Source of the DNA: an uncultured bacterium
Lineage (GTDB): Bacteria > Desulfobacterota_D > UBA1144 > Nemesobacterales > UBA2774
Reading direction: 5' to 3'
Assembly: GCA_965365595.1 (NCBI GenBank)
Contig: CBDUCG010000003.1
Location: 1 to 35,500 of the forward strand
DNA length: 35,500 nucleotides
Shown: positions 28,900-35,500 of the stretch, one piece after another
Layout: each line of letters begins with the position of its first letter
How positions within the stretch are numbered: position 1 is the stretch's first letter
The notes under the pieces: model-generated
Seen by the model: only the letters and a program-made list of their open reading frames with translations
The model's database searches: none
Told to the model about the DNA's origin: nothing
Translations under genes and position numbers: made by a program

Positions 28900-30075
28900 A
28901 TGAAAAGATCAATTGCACTAATAATAATCAGCTCAATTTTTATTGGCTGTGGATATAAAGATAATAATCCTCATTTATCCAACAACCCCGGAATAAATGA
29001 AACTGAAGAAAGACTCTACACTTTTAGCTGGTCATATGATGAAAACAGCGAATTAAAACCCAGAGGCGGCACGACCAAAGGCGCTCCCGTAGTTATGGAT
29101 AAATCAGAAAATTCTGAATGGTTATCTATATATGAGCCCGGAATCAGCAAGTTCGAGCAGGACAGAAGAGCCATACTTGCAATGGCCGGCGATTATAGGG
29201 TTACATTTGATTTTATTGAGACAGTGCCAATTAAAAGTGGTTACAAACCTCAAAATCCGTACCAATCCTGGGCAACTGAATTTATCAAAGTCCTTGAAGA
29301 CAGAGGAGATTTTATCAGTCTTCAGCATATTCTGGTTATGTTTATCGAGAACCATGAGGGAGTGATCCTGGAACCTGTTGTGGTCAAACACTGGCGCCAG
29401 GACTGGCAATATGAGGACAATAAAATTCTTGAGTACAAAGGTAATAACACCTGGCAACAAAATACTATCTCCTCTAACGAATCTGGGGGCAAATGGTCAC
29501 AGGCTGTTTACCAGGTGGACGATACACCCAGATATGAGGCAATAGCAAAATGGGTTCATGACGGTAATTATTCTTCGTGGGCGGCGCCTGATACATGGCG
29601 GCCTCTTCCTAGAAGAGAGTTCAGCGTTAGAGACGACTATAATGTGCTTGTGAGTGAAAACAGGCTCATAATAAACCCAACCGGATGGGTTCATGAGCAG
29701 GATAATATTAAATTGGTAGTTGAGGATAGCGGAGTGCCTGTCAAAGACAGCCCATACCTAGTAAAAGAGGTTGGAATTAACCGTTATGAAAGGATAACTG
29801 GTACCGATTTTAGTGTCGGTTTAGATTATTGGACTAATACTGCCGAGTTCTGGAAGGACGTGCGGAATGCATGGGCAAAAGTATTATCTCAAAATGACAC
29901 TGTAAGGTTAAAAAGTAAATACAATGACAAAAAGCTCTATGAATACCTATTTGAATATGCATATAACGTCAACGCTGAAAATTATGAATCTGAAGAAGGC
30001 TCAAAATTTGCGACAACAACTATTAATAATTTTATCATCAACAAAAACGAGAAAACGGACAACGCTGTTTATTAG
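28900..30075 (+). CDS. DUF6607-like lipoprotein
   Basis: FIGC lipobox; DRRAILAMAGDYRVTFDF, SLQHILV, KHWRQDW, YQVDDTPRY, WRPLPRRE and GWVHEQDN motifs (family recalled from memory). Confidence 0.78.
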   Translation: MKRSIALIIISSIFIGCGYKDNNPHLSNNPGINETEERLYTFSWSYDENSELKPRGGTTKGAPVVMDKSENSEWLSIYEPGISKFEQDRRAILAMAGDYRVTFDFIETVPIKSGYKPQNPYQSWATEFIKVLEDRGDFISLQHILVMFIENHEGVILEPVVVKHWRQDWQYEDNKILEYKGNNTWQQNTISSNESGGKWSQAVYQVDDTPRYEAIAKWVHDGNYSSWAAPDTWRPLPRREFSVRDDYNVLVSENRLIINPTGWVHEQDNIKLVVEDSGVPVKDSPYLVKEVGINRYERITGTDFSVGLDYWTNTAEFWKDVRNAWAKVLSQNDTVRLKSKYNDKKLYEYLFEYAYNVNAENYESEEGSKFATTTINNFIINKNEKTDNAVY

Positions 30076-30094
30076 ATATCCGAATTAATCAAAT

Positions 30095-30388
30095 CTATTT
30101 CCCGAACTTTTTGTTATACGATTTCATGCATCCGGCCACGAAACCGTCTAAAGTGGCATCATCAGTATCAAAACCCATTTCTTTAAAGTGCTCATCCCAC
30201 GTTTTATAAAAAGATTGCCTGCACTGATCTTTGGCCATTTCGGTCTTATAGTCTGCGTGATCACCGGCTATAGCCTTACCCGCCTGCTCTCCGATAATTT
30301 CAGCCCTCAACTCGCTGTCGGCGTCTGCAAGCAAATTTATAGGCATGAAAAAAAGTAATGCCGCAATCGCACTTAAGATTGTTTTCAT
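30095..30388 (-). CDS. Small secreted hypothetical protein
   Basis: GGAGGGAG RBS before ATG 30388 (MKTILSAIAALLFF...LLA), a signal peptide and two Cys. Confidence 0.65.
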   Translation of the reverse strand: MKTILSAIAALLFFMPINLLADADSELRAEIIGEQAGKAIAGDHADYKTEMAKDQCRQSFYKTWDEHFKEMGFDTDDATLDGFVAGCMKSYNKKFGK

Positions 30389-30541
30389 GTACTCCCTCCT
30401 GGAGATGTATATTTTCATTATACAATAGGAGAAATGTCCCAACTAAGTATGTGTGATCAGAATCTAGATGAGGATTATTGCCTGCAACCAAAGATTATAT
30501 ATATTAATAGAAAGTCACTCTTTAAGAAATTAATATGACTG

Positions 30542-32359
30542 TTATTTACCACGCTTTTCCAAGATTGCTCTTTTTCCGGCGTCCAGTTCCATTTTACGGA
30601 GCCTCATGCTCTTTGGTGTTATCTCTACGAGTTCGTCTTCCGCTATGAACTCTATAGCCTGGTCAAGCGATAGTGGCCGGGGCGGTCTTAAAACAACTGT
30701 AGCTTCAGATGTCGAGCTTCTCATGTTAGTAAGCTTCTTCTCTTTTGTAATGTTTACAGTCAGATCGCCGTTACGGTTCCTCTCGCCAATAATCATCCCG
30801 GCATAGACTTCCGTACCCACATCTACAAACAGCTCTCCTCGGTCTACCATGGCCAGGCTTGCGTATGTAGTTGTTTTTCCAGGACGGTCAGAAACAAGGG
30901 CTCCTGTTGACCTTTGAGGGATGGGACCGTACCATGGTTCATAACCTTCAAAGAGTGTGTTCATAACTCCTGACCCTTTCGTATCGATCAGAAACTGGCT
31001 CCTGAAACCGATAAGCCCTCTTGAGGTAATAACGAACTCGAGATCAACACGCCCGTTCCCGTTATTGTGGAGGTTAACCATTCGCCCTTTTCTCTGAGCT
31101 ACATTTTCAGTTATGACTCCCACATATTCTTCCGGCACGTCTATAAAAATTCTCTCAACCGGCTCTGTCACTTTGCCGTCTTCATCTTTAGTAATAACGC
31201 TTGGCTTTGAAACCATAAACTCATAACCTTCGCGGCGCATGGTTTCAATGAGGACTGCCATTTGCAGCTCGCCGCGTCCTGCTACCTCAAAGGCGTCCGC
31301 TCTGTCTGTGTCGGTGACACGTATGGCAACGTTTCGGAGTTTCTCCCTGTCCAGTCTGTCGCGAATTTGCCTGGAAGTCAGAAACTTGCCCTCCCTTCCT
31401 GCAAACGGGCTGCTGTTAACATAGAACAGCATGGATATTGTGGGCTCATCGACTTTTATACGCTCGAGAGGGACCGGATTATCTATACTTGATACAGTGT
31501 CTCCAATCTGAACATTTTCTTCTCCAGCTATGGCAATAATATCTCCCGCTTCTATTTTATCTACCTGAGTTTTCTCAAGTCCTGTATACGTGTATAGGAC
31601 TGAAATTTTTATATTTGAGACTTTGTCGCCTTCGCTGCAAAGAGCATAGCTTTTATTTGCCTCGAGCTCACCAGCCATCATTCTCCCAATAGCGAGCCTT
31701 CCTACATAGTTATCGTAATCCAGGTTGGTAATCAGAAACTGAGTTATAGACCCGTCTCCAACTTCAGGGCCCGGAATCGCTGTTACTATTTGCTCAAAAA
31801 GGGGTGTCAGGCTGTCCGATGAATCATTAATCTCAGCATGGGCGGCTCCGATTTTAGCATTTGTGTAGACAATGGGAAATTCAATTTGGTCTTCGTTTGC
31901 ATCGAGCTCTATAAACAGGTCATAGACCTCGTCTATAACCTCATCGGCGCGTGCATCAGGTCTGTCTATTTTATTGATAACTAGTATTATCGGCAGTTTT
32001 TTCTCAAGTGCTTTCTGCACTACAAATCGTGTTTGTGGTAGTGGTCCTTCACTTGCGTCAACCAGAAGCAGGGCGCCGTCTACCATGTTGAGGCTCCTCT
32101 CAACTTCCCCTCCAAAATCGGCGTGGCCAGGAGTGTCGACGATGTTTATCTTGATATCTTTATAAAGAACCGCGGTGTTCTTGGCAGTGATTGTAATCCC
32201 CCGCTCTTTCTCAAGGTCCATTGAATCCATAACTCTTTCTTCAACTTGCTGATGTTCATGAAAAATATTACTCTGCTTAAGCATGGCATCTACAAGGGTT
32301 GTCTTGCCATGGTCCACATGAGCTATTATTGCAATATTTCTGATATTATCTTTTCTCAT
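30542..32359 (-). CDS. typA: Translational GTPase TypA/BipA
   Basis: [46 protein letters not shown] and KKLTNMRS motifs; AGGA RBS. Confidence 0.97.
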   Translation of the reverse strand: MRKDNIRNIAIIAHVDHGKTTLVDAMLKQSNIFHEHQQVEERVMDSMDLEKERGITITAKNTAVLYKDIKINIVDTPGHADFGGEVERSLNMVDGALLLVDASEGPLPQTRFVVQKALEKKLPIILVINKIDRPDARADEVIDEVYDLFIELDANEDQIEFPIVYTNAKIGAAHAEINDSSDSLTPLFEQIVTAIPGPEVGDGSITQFLITNLDYDNYVGRLAIGRMMAGELEANKSYALCSEGDKVSNIKISVLYTYTGLEKTQVDKIEAGDIIAIAGEENVQIGDTVSSIDNPVPLERIKVDEPTISMLFYVNSSPFAGREGKFLTSRQIRDRLDREKLRNVAIRVTDTDRADAFEVAGRGELQMAVLIETMRREGYEFMVSKPSVITKDEDGKVTEPVERIFIDVPEEYVGVITENVAQRKGRMVNLHNNGNGRVDLEFVITSRGLIGFRSQFLIDTKGSGVMNTLFEGYEPWYGPIPQRSTGALVSDRPGKTTTYASLAMVDRGELFVDVGTEVYAGMIIGERNRNGDLTVNITKEKKLTNMRSSTSEATVVLRPPRPLSLDQAIEFIAEDELVEITPKSMRLRKMELDAGKRAILEKRGK

Positions 32360-32583
32360 ATAAAAATATTCCTCTCCTAAATAAGGAAAACTTTCGAGCT
32401 TCGTATGTATCGGGGAATTATCACAGACTAAATCGAAGCGCTCTCACTAATCCGGTTACAAATTCATTAAAAACTACCCTAATAATCCAGACTCTCAGGG
32501 GAAAAGCAAACTTTATATCAAATAATATAAAGAAAGCGACATATTGATAAAAATAACTTTGCTAAAACCCGGACCTACCAGAG

Positions 32584-34284
32584 TTAGCTATTTCTTATAA
32601 TCTCTATTTTCTCTCTAATTTCCCGGACCTTTCTCTTGGACTCTTCCAATTTTTCTGACTCCATTTTATAGAAGTTTTTGAGAGGAACAAGGGAATCTGT
32701 AACCTGAATGCTAATGCCGTCAAAGTCGCGTTTGAGCTGCGAACTTACACTAGAAGTCATCTCTTCAATTAGAGCATCGACTTTGTGATTAAATTCTTTC
32801 ATTGCGTCCCTTCTCTTTTTGGGAAGTATTGCGAATGCCGTTGCCATAACTGCTATCGTCGCAAGAACGCCGGTTATATCAATAATGAATGATGAGAAAG
32901 CAGATACAACCGCCGCTCCCAAGGCAAGGGAGCCGACCTGAACTCCGAGTACAGATGCAACAGCGCCCCTTGCGGAATTGACAAGGTTTCCACCCAGGAC
33001 AGAGGGGTCAATACTCTTTCTCTTTGACTCAAGCTCAGACCTGACCGTATCTATTAGCCTTGTTCTGTCGTATGTGAATCCCGACCCCATTGTTTGTGAA
33101 TCGGGCTTAATCGCATTATTGTAAAAAATTATTGTATCATCAAGCAAGGTTCTTGCTGACTTTTCAGTCCAAGCTACCATTGCATCCAGGTCTTTTTCTA
33201 ATTCTGACACTGTCTGCTGGGATACTTTATATTCAAACTCTTTTGCTACCTTATCTTTGTTGATTAACTTAAAGATGTTTTGGAATCGGATAAGCTCGTC
33301 AATAAATTGAACACCTCTTGTTTTAAATTCCAGCAGCCTGCTTCTGATGCGCTCAGTGAACTGAGTGGAGTTCCCAATTATTTCCTCTTTCATTCCTTCA
33401 AGCTTTCTCTGAAATTCATTTAATTTCTGAGTATCCTGAGAAATTCTATCCAGATTAGCATTTATAACTTTTTCAGTCTCAGAACATAGGCTCAAAGCTA
33501 TTTCGGACGAGCTTTCAATCTTCATCCTGACCCGCTCTTCTTCCCCAAGAGTCTTGAATATATATTCTTCCAATTGCCCGAACCCGCTAGCAGCATGCAA
33601 TTGAGGATCAGAATTAGTTTTAGCCTGTTTGGCAAGTCTTGCGGAAACCGGAATGATATGCGGTTTAAAGTTAAATGCTTTTTCAAGCTCGCTTAAGGTG
33701 TGTTTGATGAGCTGATCCAGCTCTTGCTGATCTTTTGCAATATCAATTTTGTTCAAAACAAAGACGATATTTTTGAGCCATTCCTGTTTAATAAACTCGA
33801 TCAGCCTAGCTTCGCTGCCTGTAACAGCGCGTTCAGCTCCTATTGTGAAAAAGACAATGTCCGCTTTAGGAATGAACTCTTCTGTAATTTTTTGGTGCTG
33901 CTCAATGGTTACATTGGTCCCCGGTGTATCTACAAGAAGAATCCCCTTAAGCCTGTCCTCCGGTATGGACACCAAACGGCTACCTTTCTCAAAAGATTCC
34001 CCGGCTTGTTCTCCATGTTTTAAAACAGTGATTTCGTCCGTTGTGGGCGTAATCCCCTCAGGCAAAGCTTCAATTCCCAGAAGTGTATTAATAATAGAAG
34101 ATTTTCCTGTGCTGAATTCCCCTATAAACACAATTGAAAACAGATTGTCTAAATTCTCTATTACTGATTTTAGTTTGTCTTTCAGATTTTCATCGGAAAG
34201 TATCTCAATCTCGGACAGAAGATTGGTGAGGAGGAGCTTCTCTTCAAGAATAATCTTTGAATATCTGTCATTAAGTATTTGCAT
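32584..34284 (-). CDS. Bacterial dynamin-like GTPase (Fzo/FZL-like)
   Basis: GEFSTGKS, TPTT, DTPG and NKID motifs; helical stalk and a C-terminal hydrophobic hairpin. Confidence 0.88.
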   Translation of the reverse strand: MQILNDRYSKIILEEKLLLTNLLSEIEILSDENLKDKLKSVIENLDNLFSIVFIGEFSTGKSSIINTLLGIEALPEGITPTTDEITVLKHGEQAGESFEKGSRLVSIPEDRLKGILLVDTPGTNVTIEQHQKITEEFIPKADIVFFTIGAERAVTGSEARLIEFIKQEWLKNIVFVLNKIDIAKDQQELDQLIKHTLSELEKAFNFKPHIIPVSARLAKQAKTNSDPQLHAASGFGQLEEYIFKTLGEEERVRMKIESSSEIALSLCSETEKVINANLDRISQDTQKLNEFQRKLEGMKEEIIGNSTQFTERIRSRLLEFKTRGVQFIDELIRFQNIFKLINKDKVAKEFEYKVSQQTVSELEKDLDAMVAWTEKSARTLLDDTIIFYNNAIKPDSQTMGSGFTYDRTRLIDTVRSELESKRKSIDPSVLGGNLVNSARGAVASVLGVQVGSLALGAAVVSAFSSFIIDITGVLATIAVMATAFAILPKKRRDAMKEFNHKVDALIEEMTSSVSSQLKRDFDGISIQVTDSLVPLKNFYKMESEKLEESKRKVREIREKIEIIRNS

Positions 34285-34434
34285 AAGCTATTAGTATTGC
34301 ATCAATTATAACCAAGATATTACATAATGAATATCAAGTTTTAAATCTATATTAAGGCAACACTTTGAATCTATTTTATTAATATAATCATCCTTGTAAA
34401 AGATAGAAGGCACAGTAAACTCACTAAGAAACTT

Positions 34435-35500
34435 ATGGATAAAGCAAGATTAGTCACAAGATTTCTAAATGGAACTTTCTTTACCGTCTTTTTAACTTTC
34501 CTGATAATCTTTAGCTTATTACTTACGAATACAGACAATTGGGCTCAGGCCTCGGGATCAAAAGAAATGAAACATTCAAATAGATTAAAAGATGAAAAAA
34601 GCCCTTACCTGCTCCAGCACGCGGATAACCCGGTCGACTGGTACCCCTGGGGCGAGGAGGCATTTGAGAAAGCCCGGAAGGAAAATAAACCCATACTCTT
34701 ATCCATTGGCTATTCAACATGCCACTGGTGTCATGTGATGGAGCACGAATCATTTGAAGATGAAGAAGTGGCGGAGCTTATTAATGAAACTTTTGTATCT
34801 ATTAAAGTAGACCGCGAAGAGCGCCCCGACATAGACAACATTTATATGACTGTGTGTCAGATGATGTCCAAGGCAGGCTGCGGTTGGCCTTTGAATATCA
34901 TAATGACTCCGGACAAAAAACCCTTCTTTGCAGCAACTTACATTCCCAAAGAGAGCCGTTACGGCAGAATGGGAATGATTGAGTTTGTGCCTAAAGTAAA
35001 AGAGGCTTGGGAAAAAGACAATGAGAATATAATGAAGTCCGCAGAGACTGTGACTGAGGCAGTAAAAAAGGCCACCGATGTTTCACAAAATGTCGACGGC
35101 AAGAATCTTACAGCCAAAACGCTGGATACAGCTTATAATCAATTGCTAAGAAATTTCGACGAAGAAAACGGCGGATTTGGAAAGTCTCCCAAATTTCCTA
35201 CACCTCACAATCACTTGTTTCTCCTGAGGTACTGGAAGCGCACGGGTAACGAGCAGGCGCTGGTAATGGTCGAAAAAACACTTCAGCAAATGAGACTTGG
35301 TGGCATATATGATCATATTGGATTTGGCTTTCACCGCTATTCAACCGATCCCAACTGGCTTCTGCCTCATTTTGAGAAAATGCTCTACGATCAGGCATTG
35401 CTTGTAATGACTTACACTGAAGCATATCAGGCTACGGGAAAGAAAGTGTATGAAAATACGGCCCGTGAGATATTGACTTATATTCTGAGAGATATGACAT
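34435..35500 (+). CDS. Thioredoxin-domain protein, YyaL/SSP411 family (5' part; runs off the right edge)
   Basis: Manual translation gives ...[33 protein letters not shown]...[18 protein letters not shown]...[11 protein letters not shown]...[11 protein letters not shown]. Alternative start ATG 34567. Confidence 0.92.
   Translation, partial: MDKARLVTRFLNGTFFTVFLTFLIIFSLLLTNTDNWAQASGSKEMKHSNRLKDEKSPYLLQHADNPVDWYPWGEEAFEKARKENKPILLSIGYSTCHWCHVMEHESFEDEEVAELINETFVSIKVDREERPDIDNIYMTVCQMMSKAGCGWPLNIIMTPDKKPFFAATYIPKESRYGRMGMIEFVPKVKEAWEKDNENIMKSAETVTEAVKKATDVSQNVDGKNLTAKTLDTAYNQLLRNFDEENGGFGKSPKFPTPHNHLFLLRYWKRTGNEQALVMVEKTLQQMRLGGIYDHIGFGFHRYSTDPNWLLPHFEKMLYDQALLVMTYTEAYQATGKKVYENTAREILTYILRDMT

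Noticed and set aside
34523-35425. Minus-strand ORFs 34523-34753, 35146-35334 and 35198-35425
   Set aside because: Antisense shadows of the YyaL/SSP411-family gene.

Overview
Bacterial chromosomal window with housekeeping genes at both ends. Left: 5' part of leuS, a family-4 uracil-DNA glycosylase and tRNA-Arg(CCG). Right: a DUF6607-like lipoprotein, typA/bipA, a dynamin-like GTPase and the 5' part of a YyaL/SSP411-type thioredoxin-domain gene. Between them is a visibly more AT-rich accessory tract of about 25 kb starting at the tRNA 3' end. The main structure is an integrase-free tandem array: the tRNA 3' half, from the anticodon loop onward, recurs at 8867, 12692 and 15518. Each copy is preceded by the same ~150-bp non-coding arm carrying paired AGGTGTCCA-like boxes and an IHF-like site. 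These att-like junctions divide 3168-15517 into three small cargo modules: MMPL/LolA-like/outer-membrane protein plus HxlR; AmmeMemoRadiSam B and radical SAM plus a hydrolase; a serine hydrolase plus a lipoprotein. IS3-like ends and an orfA remnant are interleaved. Downstream is a partly decayed stress/repair cluster: Mut7-C RNase, GT2, USP, Zn-ADH and Hsp20 remnants, archaeal-type SAM synthetase, a sigma54-type promoter before pcm-baeRF-ICMT, an FtsH, a PolX-N/HhH protein, and ZIP and YkoF-like fragments. All calls come from reading the sequence and recalling motifs; no database searches were run.
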